Notes: generated by a model not told the origin, from the sequence alone. 64,000 nt of DNA from Nitrospirales bacterium (GCA_963555755.3 OY820905.2:3904001-3968000), one strand, 5' to 3'; shown: positions 9,214-18,068, numbered from the stretch's first letter. Made by a program: numbers and translations.

Positions 9214-10715
9214 GTTCTTCAAATCAAATCGTCCAAAAACTCTGGAATTACTGTAACGTCCTGCGCGACGACGGGATGAGCTATGGCGACTATGTCGAGC
9301 AGTTGACGTATTTGCTGTTTCTCAAAATGGCCGATGAGCGGACGAAGCCGCCCTATTCTCAGCCTAGCGAAATACCAAGCAAATACAGTTGGCCCAGTCT
9401 CTTGAAAAAGGATGGTGACGAGCTCTTCGACCACTACCGCCATCTCCTTGAAGAGCTAGGGAAAGAAAAGGGCCTTCTCGGACTGATCTTCACCAAGGCC
9501 CAGAACAAGTTTCAGGACCCGGCCAAGCTACGGCGATTGATCGTCGATTTGATCGATAAGGAAAATTGGTCGGTGATGAGTGCCGATGTGAAAGGTGATG
9601 CCTATGAAGGGCTCCTAGAGAAGAATGCGCAGGATACCAAGACCGGCGCCGGGCAGTACTTCACCCCGCGTCCACTGATCCAAGCTATTGTCGATGTAAT
9701 TCAACCCAAGCCTGGCGAAACACTTTGTGACCCTGCTTGCGGGACAGGTGGCTTTCTTTTGGCGGCTCACGATTACCTTGTGAAGCAAAATCCGAATCTC
9801 ACGAAGGATCAAAAGAAGCAACTGAAGGAAAGCACGCTCAGGGGATGTGAGCTGGTCCAGGGCGTGGCCCGATTGTGTGCCATGAATTTGCTCCTCCACG
9901 GTATCGGGAGTCAGGATTATGAGCCGATTGTCGTATCGGATTCATTAGCCGCTGATCCTGGCGATCGGTATGACATTGTCTTGACCAATCCACCGTTTGG
10001 GAAAAAGAGCAGCACCACGATTGTAGGAGAAGAAGGGAAAGTCTCAAAGGAACGGGACATTGTTGAGCGGGATGATTTTTGGGCGAGCACTTCCAATAAA
10101 CAGCTCAACTTTATCCAGCATGTAAAGACCCTGCTGAAACAACACGGCCGAGCGGCCGTGGTCGTGCCGGATAACGTCCTCTTCGAAGGCGGCGCAGGAG
10201 AGACGATCCGGCGGAAGCTTTTGCATGAGTGTGATGTGCACAGCCTACTCCGTCTACCCACCGGTTTGTTTTATGCCCAAGGTGTGAAAGCCAACGTGTT
10301 GTTTTTCGATAAACGACCTGGCGGGGAATCGGCATCCACCCAAAAACTGTGGATCTACGACCTGCGCACGAATAAACATTTTACCTTGAAGACCGGCCCG
10401 TTAAAACGTGAAGACCTGGATGAGTTTGTAAAATGTTACAATCCGGCCAATCGGCATACTCGCAAACCGACCTGGTCAGAGAAGAACCCCGAAGGCCGCT
10501 GGCGGTCTTACGACTATGACGAATTAGTCGCCCGCGACAAAGCCAGCCTTGATCTCTTCTGGCTCAAAGACGACTCTCTCGAAGACTCTGCTAATTTGCC
10601 CGATCCCGATGTGATCGCCCAAGAAATCGTCGACGACCTCGAAGCCGCACTTGAACAGTTTCGCGAAATCGCCAATGACTTAGGTGACGAAACAGAAATA
10701 CCGAAAGTTACCTGA
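9210..10715 (+). CDS. hsdM: Type I R-M N6-adenine methyltransferase subunit
   Basis: 'GQYFTPR', 'DPACGTGGFL', 'NPPFG'. GTG start at 9210 overlaps the darG TGA. Confidence 0.96.
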   Translation: MSSSNQIVQKLWNYCNVLRDDGMSYGDYVEQLTYLLFLKMADERTKPPYSQPSEIPSKYSWPSLLKKDGDELFDHYRHLLEELGKEKGLLGLIFTKAQNKFQDPAKLRRLIVDLIDKENWSVMSADVKGDAYEGLLEKNAQDTKTGAGQYFTPRPLIQAIVDVIQPKPGETLCDPACGTGGFLLAAHDYLVKQNPNLTKDQKKQLKESTLRGCELVQGVARLCAMNLLLHGIGSQDYEPIVVSDSLAADPGDRYDIVLTNPPFGKKSSTTIVGEEGKVSKERDIVERDDFWASTSNKQLNFIQHVKTLLKQHGRAAVVVPDNVLFEGGAGETIRRKLLHECDVHSLLRLPTGLFYAQGVKANVLFFDKRPGGESASTQKLWIYDLRTNKHFTLKTGPLKREDLDEFVKCYNPANRHTRKPTWSEKNPEGRWRSYDYDELVARDKASLDLFWLKDDSLEDSANLPDPDVIAQEIVDDLEAALEQFREIANDLGDETEIPKVT

Positions 10716-10810
10716 TCTTTTATCCAAACCCGGAGTCTCCTATGGGCACAGATCTCCTCAGGAAACACATTCAAGAATATGTTTAACACGCTTAAAGCAG
10801 GAGAAACGAT

Positions 10811-11023
10811 ATGGCCCAAAAAGTAAAAATTTGGTTTGATCCTGAAGGAGATTTTCTGGAAGTCCAGTTCAAGGATGCCCCTGGTTTCATGCGTCCGACT
10901 GCCCACGATGCTGTCATGGAACGTGTCGATGAGCAGGGCCGCGTGCTTGGATTTAGCGTACAGGGTGTGAGCCGTTTTCGAAAAGACCATCCTCTAGAAG
11001 CCGAACTTGTCGCAGGAGAATAA
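10811..11023 (+). CDS. DUF2283-like small protein (putative antitoxin)
   Basis: 70 aa, 'KIWFDPEGDFLEV...VDEQGRVLGFSV' pattern; GGAG RBS. Confidence 0.75.
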   Translation: MAQKVKIWFDPEGDFLEVQFKDAPGFMRPTAHDAVMERVDEQGRVLGFSVQGVSRFRKDHPLEAELVAGE

Positions 11024-11068
11024 TCCTCCTTCTTTTTCCTCTTTGACAAGGTTTTCTCTTCAGCCCCG

Positions 11069-11100
11069 CTTGACTCATAACTTGACTTACACTTGACTTA
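11069..11100 (+). promoter_or_regulatory. Three direct CTTGACT repeats upstream of the Fic gene
   Basis: CTTGACT at 11069, 11081 and 11092 (12 and 11 bp period). Confidence 0.5.
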
Positions 11101-11127
11101 TTCGAAGGCCCCTACTAACCTAAGGGG

Positions 11128-12132
11128 ATGCCATTTCAGCCCACATTCACTATCACCCCACGTTTACTGACCCTTATCGAGGAAATCTCCGCATTCCGGG
11201 AGAAGATTCTCTCGGCCACGATTCAGGTTCCTTGGATTCCGACCCTCCAAAAGGATGCGCGGGTTCGAAACACCCACAGTTCTACGGCCATCGAGGGTAA
11301 TCCTCTCACGCTTGAACAAGTCCGCCTGTTAGAAGAGGGGCAGTCTCTTCCCACTGAGCCCCAACGTGCGACACGTGAGGTGCTCAACTATTTCTCTGGT
11401 CTGCGCTTCATTGAAAAACTTCCACCAGATAAGCCCACCGCCCATAAAGAAATTTTTTCACTCCATTCCCTTGTGGCGTCAGATGTGATGGATCAGGGGA
11501 AAGCCGGCCGGTATCGTGATATTCATGTGCAGGTCGGTCGCTATGTGCCACCCCCGCCTGAGATTGTATCTGGTTTAATGGCTGAACTGTTGGATTGGTG
11601 GAATAAAAACTTCTCACCGTGGTCTCCTGTGATCTCGTCGGCAATCATTCATTATCAGTTTGAGGATATCCATCCCTTTGCAGATGGTAATGGTCGTACT
11701 GGCCGGCTTCTAGCACTTTGGGAATTATATCGCCGTGGTTTCGACACCCACCATATCTTTTCCGTAGATGATTATTTTTGGAAGGATCGAGACCGGTATT
11801 ACACATCCCTGGCTGCCGTCAGAAAAGAGGGCGGCGATTTAACCAGTTGGCTTGAATATACAGCCGAGGCCATTCATGTCTCATTAGAACAAGTTTGGGA
11901 TCGGATTCAACATCTTTCTGCTGGCACGGGAAAGAAAAAATTTGTGTTGCGACCCAAGCAGGAACAGCTCCTCCGACTTCTCCGTGATCGACAAAGTCTT
12001 ACCCCACAGGAAATCCGTGAGGGAATTGGTGTGTCCAAACAAGGTGCGATGGATTTATTGAATCCACTCCTAGAGGCAGGCTTGGTTCAACGGGTGGGAA
12101 CAAGAAAGTCAGGACGATATATTTTGTCTTGA
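11128..12132 (+). CDS. Fic family protein with C-terminal winged HTH
   Basis: Canonical HPFADGNGRTGR, N-terminal inhibitory 'STAIEGN', C-terminal wHTH-like region. Confidence 0.92.
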   Translation: MPFQPTFTITPRLLTLIEEISAFREKILSATIQVPWIPTLQKDARVRNTHSSTAIEGNPLTLEQVRLLEEGQSLPTEPQRATREVLNYFSGLRFIEKLPPDKPTAHKEIFSLHSLVASDVMDQGKAGRYRDIHVQVGRYVPPPPEIVSGLMAELLDWWNKNFSPWSPVISSAIIHYQFEDIHPFADGNGRTGRLLALWELYRRGFDTHHIFSVDDYFWKDRDRYYTSLAAVRKEGGDLTSWLEYTAEAIHVSLEQVWDRIQHLSAGTGKKKFVLRPKQEQLLRLLRDRQSLTPQEIREGIGVSKQGAMDLLNPLLEAGLVQRVGTRKSGRYILS

Positions 12133-12204
12133 AGAGGGTCACCCCTAAAAACCAAATCCAAAATCTCCTCCCCTTCTTAAATTTCACAGACTAAAGCTGG
12201 GAAG

Positions 12205-12481
12205 TTAAGCTGGAGCCGGAGAATTCACCTGAACCTCAAATCCCATGTCTTGGATCATTTGTTGGACTTCGTTGGCCGGGGCTCCCGGGGTGGTGAGGTA
12301 GCCGTTGACGAATAGGGAGTCAGCGACGTACAGCGCCAGGGGTTGGAGAGAGCGTAGGTTGAATTCACGTCCTCCTGCTGCGCGGAGTTCTCGTTTGGGG
12401 TGGAAGAATCGGACCATGCTCATGATCTTCAGGCAGCGTTTTGGCGTTAAATGGTTCGAGTCTACCAAGGGTGTCCCGGAT
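12205..12481 (-). pseudogene. Diverged second copy of the bioB 3' end
   Basis: About 91 open codons (SGTPLVDSNHLTPKRCLK...FEVQVNSPAPA*) homologous to 13452-13731, with about 9 aa differences and many synonymous changes. Confidence 0.95.
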
Positions 12482-12538
12482 AGGGGTAGTCCTTTTCAGG
12501 GGTTTTCCGTTTGATCCAACCGGTGTACAATTGAGTTC

Positions 12539-12724
12539 ATGTCTACAGAACAGTCGTCATCCCCTACCCGTCCCACTCGTCGCCCCAGTCCTTTGAGTGA
12601 ACGTTTGACTCAGGAGAAACTCGAAGAGGCTCGGGCCTTGTCTCCCACACAGCGTTTACTCCTTGCCCTTCAACTCTCTGATACTTGCCTTGAGTTACAG
12701 CGCTCGTGTTCGACCAAGCATTAA
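12539..12724 (+). CDS. Small putative antitoxin (MenA1-like position)
   Basis: 61 aa helical protein ('LSPTQRLLLALQL') overlapping the downstream NTase. Confidence 0.6.
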   Translation: MSTEQSSSPTRPTRRPSPLSERLTQEKLEEARALSPTQRLLLALQLSDTCLELQRSCSTKH

Positions 12725-13251
12725 CAACTATCACTCGCCGTTTGGATGAGGCTAAAGCTCAAGGCTTTTTAAAAGACTATGCTTTGATTGGTGGATTTGC
12801 CGTTTCTGCCTGGGGCATCCCTCGCGCCACGCAGGATGTGGACTTTGCATTGGTCTTAGGCTCAGCCGACCCAGAGGGCTTATCGCGCCATCTCGATTCG
12901 GAGTTTTTGCCTGGAGATGGGGACGATCCTTTGCGAGGTGTCTTTCAGCTCAAACTTTCTATTGAGGATCAGAGAGTTCCCGTTCAGCTAATCTTGCTTC
13001 CCCCTCGGTGGACCTCCATTATAATCGATGGCATTGTGACCCTGTCAGTGTTGGGCTGCAGTGTTCCGGTTATCTCCTGGGAAGGGCTTATCCTCCTGAA
13101 GTTGTATGCCGGGGGCCCTCAAGACCTTCTTGATGCTCAACACATTTTTGCCGTCCGAAAACCCACGGTAAACGAGATCGAGAAACTGTCTAAGTTGGCG
13201 GTTCAGGTTGATCTGTTGGGTGCTTTTCGTGATCTTGTTAATCGACTCTAA
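12706..13251 (+). CDS. Nucleotidyltransferase toxin, MenT1/AbiEii-like
   Basis: 'YALIGGFAVSAWGIPRATQDVD' and 'LILLKLYAGGPQDLLD' motifs. Confidence 0.8.
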   Translation: MFDQALTTITRRLDEAKAQGFLKDYALIGGFAVSAWGIPRATQDVDFALVLGSADPEGLSRHLDSEFLPGDGDDPLRGVFQLKLSIEDQRVPVQLILLPPRWTSIIIDGIVTLSVLGCSVPVISWEGLILLKLYAGGPQDLLDAQHIFAVRKPTVNEIEKLSKLAVQVDLLGAFRDLVNRL

Positions 13252-13338
13252 TCGTCTACTTTTCAACATTTCTCATCGACCAAAGAACGATGAAAGATTT
13301 GGCCTATCTATAGTGTTTTAACTTTTGGAGAAGAGAAC

Positions 13339-13373
13339 CCCTCACCCCAACCCTCTCCCCACAGGGGCGAGGG
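13339..13373. repeat. REP-like hairpin, family H (CCCTCTCCC..GGG type)
   Basis: ccctcaccccaaccctctccccacaggggcgaggg. Related copies near 32411, 37272, 39000, 39095, 51455-51600, 54672-54762, 55163-55293 and 60158-60277. Confidence 0.7.
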
Positions 13374-13451
13374 AAAATTGAGGTCTCCCAGTTGAAAGTC
13401 AAAAAACTATCAAAAGGCAAATTCCAACGATGGACTGCTTTGGCCCGGAAG

Positions 13452-14444
13452 TTAGGCTGGGCAAGCAGGCGAATTTACCTGAACCTCGAAACCCATGTCT
13501 TCAATCATTTGTTGGACTTCGTTGGCGGGTTGGCCGGGGGTGGTGAGGTAGCCGTTGACGAAAAGGGAGTCTGCGACATAGAGGGCTAAGGGTTGAAGGG
13601 AGCGTAGGTTAAATTCACGTCCTCCGGCTGCGCGTAGTTCCCGTTTGGGGTGGATGAAGCGGAACATGCACATGATTTTCAGACAGCGTTGCGGTGTTAA
13701 ATGGTTGGAGTTTTCTAATGGTGTCCCGGATGCGGGGTGGAGCATATTGAGTGGAATGGAATCCGGATTAAGTTCGCGCAGGGAAAACGCTAAATCCACG
13801 AGGTCTTCGTCTTGTTCACCCATGCCCACGATACCACCCGAACAGAGCTCAAGCCCTGCGGCTCTGGCGTTGTTTAACGTGGTCACCCGATCTTGAAAGG
13901 TATGTGTGGTGCAAATAGACGCGTGGTATGCTTCGCTGGTGTTCAGGTTGTGATTGATTCGATCAACCCCTGCGGCTTTGAGTCGCTTGGCTTGTGGCTC
14001 GGTGAGTAGGCCGAGGGAGCAGCATACTTGAATGGGCAACTCGTCTTTTATTTGGCGAACAGCTTTGGAGATTTCCTCGATTTCCCGATCTAGCGGGCTT
14101 CTTCCGCTAATCACGACACAGTAGCGTTGGGCTTTGGCCTCGACAGCGCGTCTGGCGGCTTTGAGCATTTGTTCGGGCTCGACGAGGGCATAGCGATCAA
14201 TCGGTGCTGTGGAAATTGACGATTGCGAGCAGTAATGGCAATCTTCCTGGCAGGCCCCGCTCTTTGCATTGAACAGCATTTGTAAAGTCACCATGTTGCC
14301 GAAATGCCGGTGGCGGATTCGGTACGCGGCGTTGATCAACCCCAGCAATTCCTCATCCGGGGTTTGGAGCAGGGACAGGCTTTCCTCGCGTGTAATTTCT
14401 TCATCCCGCAACACGTTGTCGGCAAGCTGGGTATAGGGTGTCAT
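13452..14444 (-). CDS. bioB: Biotin synthase
   Basis: Radical SAM 'CQEDCHYCSQS', 'NHNLNTS', 'CSGGIVGMGE', 'GYLTT'. Confidence 0.97.
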   Translation of the reverse strand: MTPYTQLADNVLRDEEITREESLSLLQTPDEELLGLINAAYRIRHRHFGNMVTLQMLFNAKSGACQEDCHYCSQSSISTAPIDRYALVEPEQMLKAARRAVEAKAQRYCVVISGRSPLDREIEEISKAVRQIKDELPIQVCCSLGLLTEPQAKRLKAAGVDRINHNLNTSEAYHASICTTHTFQDRVTTLNNARAAGLELCSGGIVGMGEQDEDLVDLAFSLRELNPDSIPLNMLHPASGTPLENSNHLTPQRCLKIMCMFRFIHPKRELRAAGGREFNLRSLQPLALYVADSLFVNGYLTTPGQPANEVQQMIEDMGFEVQVNSPACPA

Positions 14445-14550
14445 GAGTTTGCTCCGTGCAATAAGAAGTCGGGTTTGTCTTAGGATTGCAGTACTGCGAT
14501 GGCTAGGCTGTCACGGATTTGTTGAATGGGTTGTCGGCAAGCAGAGGTTA

Positions 14551-14707
14551 GGGTTCGCGAAAGAATAACTACTCATGTTTGGGTGCTGAGACGCCTGTCT
14601 GGCAAGGCGCGAGGACTGCGCATACTCCTCGTATGGAAAGGACGAGCAACGCCGCCAGACTGGATGGATCGACGCCCAAACATGAGTAGTTATTCTTTCG
14701 CGAACCC
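14551..14707 (+). mobile_element. MITE family A, copy 1 (157 bp)
   Basis: Perfect 33-bp TIR gggttcgcgaaagaataactactcatgtttggg, flanked by TTA on both sides. The right TTA is the rsfS stop. Confidence 0.9.
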
Positions 14708-15133
14708 TTAACTTGCTTGGTGAATAAGCGCAGCACTTCCTCGGTTGCGTGAGTCGAGAGAAGGCTGCGAGGGGATCGAATCAAATTCTGATTGTGGTAT
14801 TGGGTTGGCGTCTCGCCACATGTTCTCAATTCCATAAAAGGCGCGTATGTTTTCATGGAAGATGTGGACGATGGTATCGCCATAATCCAAGAGAACCCAC
14901 GTTCCAGATGATGTACCTTCGACGTTGGCCCGAGCATTGAAAACTTTTTGGAGCTCACCCTGAATTGCATCAGCGATGGCGTTGACTTGGCGTTCTGAGC
15001 TACCTGAACAGAATACGAAGAAATCTGCGATTGAGGTCAGATGGCCGACCTCAAGCATCAGCACGTCTGAAGCGTTCTTTTCCAGGGCCACCCGGCCCAT
15101 GGCGAGGGCTTTAATTTTTATCCCGTCAAAAAT
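14708..15133 (-). CDS. rsfS: Ribosome silencing factor
   Basis: 'DFFVFCSGSSERQVNAIAD', 'WVLLDYGDTIVHIF', 'FYGIENMW'. Start is ATT 15133 (after AAGGAG) or ATG 15100. Confidence 0.93.
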   Translation of the reverse strand: MFDGIKIKALAMGRVALEKNASDVLMLEVGHLTSIADFFVFCSGSSERQVNAIADAIQGELQKVFNARANVEGTSSGTWVLLDYGDTIVHIFHENIRAFYGIENMWRDANPIPQSEFDSIPSQPSLDSRNRGSAALIHQAS

Positions 15134-15135
15134 AA

Positions 15136-15807
15136 CTAGTCTCCTTTATTCGCACCATACAAGTGATTTTCGATTATATAAGATTCAATAGGGCTCGGCA
15201 ACCAATCGGCCACACTTCCACCCTTTTGTAGGCGGTCACGAATGGCGGATGCCGAGATGTGACATGGGGGCAGCGCCAGCAATGTGAGGGTTGATCCATG
15301 TGAGGTTGGAATTTCGAGATGGTCTCGTATTCCTTTGTCGAGGTCAGCTAAATCGTGTTCCGAAAGAGGCGGGAGCATGGCAATCGATGTGATCTGAGAG
15401 AACCGAACCTCAGGTCGTGAGATGACCACAAAATTGGTTGCGGATAATAATTCGTTGCCTAACTTCCAGGTTGGGAAATCAAGAAAAGCGTCGAGACCGA
15501 GGAGGAAATATAATTCGCCTTCGAGTTGGCTTCGAAGTGAATTGAGTGTGTCAATGGTATAGGAAGTCTCTGAGGACGTTGCTTCAATATCTGACACCTG
15601 AAAGTGGGGAATGTCCTGGATCGCCAACTTGGCCATTGCGAGTCGATGGTGTGCGGGAGCGAGAGTCTCGCCAGATTTGTGAGGCGGATCTCCCGTTGGA
15701 ATAAAGAAGATTTGGTCAAACCCAAGTCGTACGCGGGCCTGCTCGGCAATGTGCAGATGACCAAGATGGATAGGATTGAACGTGCCGCCGAGGAGACCGA
15801 TACGCAT
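15136..15807 (-). CDS. nadD: Nicotinate-nucleotide adenylyltransferase
   Basis: 'GGTFNPIHLGH', 'SYTIDT', 'ISASAIR'. Confidence 0.96.
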   Translation of the reverse strand: MRIGLLGGTFNPIHLGHLHIAEQARVRLGFDQIFFIPTGDPPHKSGETLAPAHHRLAMAKLAIQDIPHFQVSDIEATSSETSYTIDTLNSLRSQLEGELYFLLGLDAFLDFPTWKLGNELLSATNFVVISRPEVRFSQITSIAMLPPLSEHDLADLDKGIRDHLEIPTSHGSTLTLLALPPCHISASAIRDRLQKGGSVADWLPSPIESYIIENHLYGANKGD

Positions 15808-15859
15808 GGGTTATTGCTGGACAAAAAAACCTTTAGAAGTGAGGTGTGTTGCCAATCTC

Positions 15860-15938
15860 GTGAAGCGTAATGCGTAAGGAATTATGAGTAGATGAACTTC
15901 TCTTCACGTATCACGCTTTACGCATAACGGTTTACGTC
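15860..15938. repeat. Heptamer-periodic hairpin, family G
   Basis: cgtgaag-cgtaatg-cgtaagg ... ttcacg-tatcacg-ctttacg. Related arrays near 29693-29772, 30708-30739, 43696-43779, 47814-47892 and 63398-63452. Confidence 0.75.
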
Positions 15939-15942
15939 TCCA

Positions 15943-17064
15943 TTATAGGAGCGCGAGGTTGTCACGATGAATGACTTCCTCATACTCCTTGCCACCTAAG
16001 ATTTCCTGGACCTCTTTGGTTTTCCGTCCTTTGATCTTTGCGAGTGACTGCGATGACATATTGACAAGCCCTTTGGCAAATTCTTTTCCGTTGGAGTCGA
16101 CACAAGAAACCGGGTCGCCAGAGGAAAATTCTCCTATGATATTGAGGATGCCGGCGGGGAGTAAACTCTTCCCTCGATATCGCAACGCTTCGACCGCGCC
16201 ATCATCGAGAATCAGTTGCCCCTTGGACCGCAGCGTAAACGCAATCCAATGTTTTCGGCTGGGCATGCGTCGGCTTTGGGGTAGAAACAGGGTGCCTTGG
16301 CCTTCTCCAGCAAACACCTGTGCCAACAACTGAGGCGTCTCGCCATTCATGATGAGCGTGGGCACACCAAATTGTCCGACGTGTTTGGCTGCTTGAATTT
16401 TGGTGACCATGCCTCCTCGGCTCTCCTGGCTTCGTGACGTTCCGGCTCCCTGTTCGATCTGCGATGTGATTTCTTCAACGACCGAAATCAATTCGGCTTG
16501 AGGATTCAGATGCGGGTCTTCGGTGTATAGCCCATTTACGTCGGATAAAATCACAAACAGGTCGGCATCCACCAAGTGGGCCACTTGTCCGGCCAATGTG
16601 TCGTTGTCGCCAAATCGAATTTCCTCGACCGAAACCGTATCATTTTCGTTAATGATGGGAATGACATGTAACTCGATTAAGGTGGTCAGAGTATGCCGTG
16701 CGTTGAGAAAGCGTTTGCGATCGGCAAGGTCTTGGTGTGTGAGCAGGACCTGCGCGACTTTTTGTCCCGCCTCTTGAAAACATTTTTCGTACGCATGGAT
16801 TAAATGGCTCTGTCCCGCCGCTGCCGCCGCTTGTTTCAACGGGATGCTTTGCGGATAGTTTTTTAATCCTAATTTCTCAATGCCGGCCACAATGGATCCC
16901 GACGAGACTAGGACGATCTCGCGTTCCGGGGTATTCAGTTCGGCGATTTCTTGAGAGAGCCGCGCAATGAGATCATGCCGTAAGCCGAAATCTCGAGAGG
17001 CCACGAGGCTACTCCCAATTTTCAGGACCACGCGTTTTGCGCCGGTGATTAGCTGATGGTGCAT
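15943..17064 (-). CDS. proB: Glutamate 5-kinase
   Basis: 'VVLKIGSS', 'PIINENDTV', 'GDNDTL', 'GGMVTKI', C-terminal PUA domain. Confidence 0.97.
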   Translation of the reverse strand: MHHQLITGAKRVVLKIGSSLVASRDFGLRHDLIARLSQEIAELNTPEREIVLVSSGSIVAGIEKLGLKNYPQSIPLKQAAAAAGQSHLIHAYEKCFQEAGQKVAQVLLTHQDLADRKRFLNARHTLTTLIELHVIPIINENDTVSVEEIRFGDNDTLAGQVAHLVDADLFVILSDVNGLYTEDPHLNPQAELISVVEEITSQIEQGAGTSRSQESRGGMVTKIQAAKHVGQFGVPTLIMNGETPQLLAQVFAGEGQGTLFLPQSRRMPSRKHWIAFTLRSKGQLILDDGAVEALRYRGKSLLPAGILNIIGEFSSGDPVSCVDSNGKEFAKGLVNMSSQSLAKIKGRKTKEVQEILGGKEYEEVIHRDNLALL

Positions 17065-18068
17065 GATTCTTTGGCTTCATCCATGCGGGAAACAATATAG
17101 GTTACGAGGGCGTCGAGCCCTTCGCGTGTGGCCGAAGAAATCGTCAGAAAGGGCAATTGGTGTTCGTCGCAATAATGCTGGAGTTTCAACAGATTGTCGC
17201 CATTGCCTCGGAGGTCGTGTTTGGTGCCGATGATTGCGTAGGGCCGTTCTCCCAGATGATCATCGAATGCTGCCAATTCGCGCCGGAGAATCGTCAGTGC
17301 CTCCAAAGGCTCATCCGGCGCCCATTCCGAAATGTCGATCAGATATAACAAAAATGCCGTGCGTTGAATATGCTTTAAAAATTGAATACCCAACCCCTTG
17401 CCCGTGTGCGCGCCTTCAATTATGCCAGGAATGTCTGCCATCACAAAGCTGCGATATTCTCCAAACGGAACTACGCCGAGGTGGGGTCGCAACGTGGTAA
17501 AGGGATAATTGGCGACTTCCGGCCGCGCGGCTGAGACCGCTGAAATCAAGGTTGATTTGCCGGCATTGGGAAAGCCCACCAATCCGACATCGGCCAGCAG
17601 CTTTAATTCCAGATTTAACGATAACTCCTCGCCAGGCATTCCCGGTTCGTGTTTTCGGGGCGCCCGGTTGGTCGATGTGGTAAATCGTGCATTGCCTCGG
17701 CCGCCTTTCCCGCCACGGGCTATGATAATTGTTTGCCCGTCCTCGATCATATCCGCCAAGACTTCGTCGGTTTCATGGTTTTTAATGATGGTCCCCACCG
17801 GCACGGTCACCGTGACGTCGCCACCGTTGCGTCCATGTTTATTGGTACTTTCTCCCGGGCGTCCATGTTTGGCTTTGTAGTGGCGAAGATATTTCAAGTC
17901 CAGCAGTGTCGTGGCTCGGGTGGCGGCTCGTAAAACCACGTGCCCTCCGTTCCCGCCATCGCCCCCATCGGGGCCACCATGCGGCACATACTTTTCCCGG
18001 CGAAAACTGCTAGCGCCTGTGCCGCCGTTCCCGGCTTTGACATAGATTTTGGCTTGATCGATAAACAT
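17049..18068 (-). CDS. obgE: GTPase Obg/CgtA
   Basis: 'MFIDQAKIYVKAGNGG', Gly-rich Obg fold, 'GFPNAGKST', 'YPFTT', 'DIPG'. Confidence 0.97.
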   Translation of the reverse strand: MFIDQAKIYVKAGNGGTGASSFRREKYVPHGGPDGGDGGNGGHVVLRAATRATTLLDLKYLRHYKAKHGRPGESTNKHGRNGGDVTVTVPVGTIIKNHETDEVLADMIEDGQTIIIARGGKGGRGNARFTTSTNRAPRKHEPGMPGEELSLNLELKLLADVGLVGFPNAGKSTLISAVSAARPEVANYPFTTLRPHLGVVPFGEYRSFVMADIPGIIEGAHTGKGLGIQFLKHIQRTAFLLYLIDISEWAPDEPLEALTILRRELAAFDDHLGERPYAIIGTKHDLRGNGDNLLKLQHYCDEHQLPFLTISSATREGLDALVTYIVSRMDEAKESCTIS

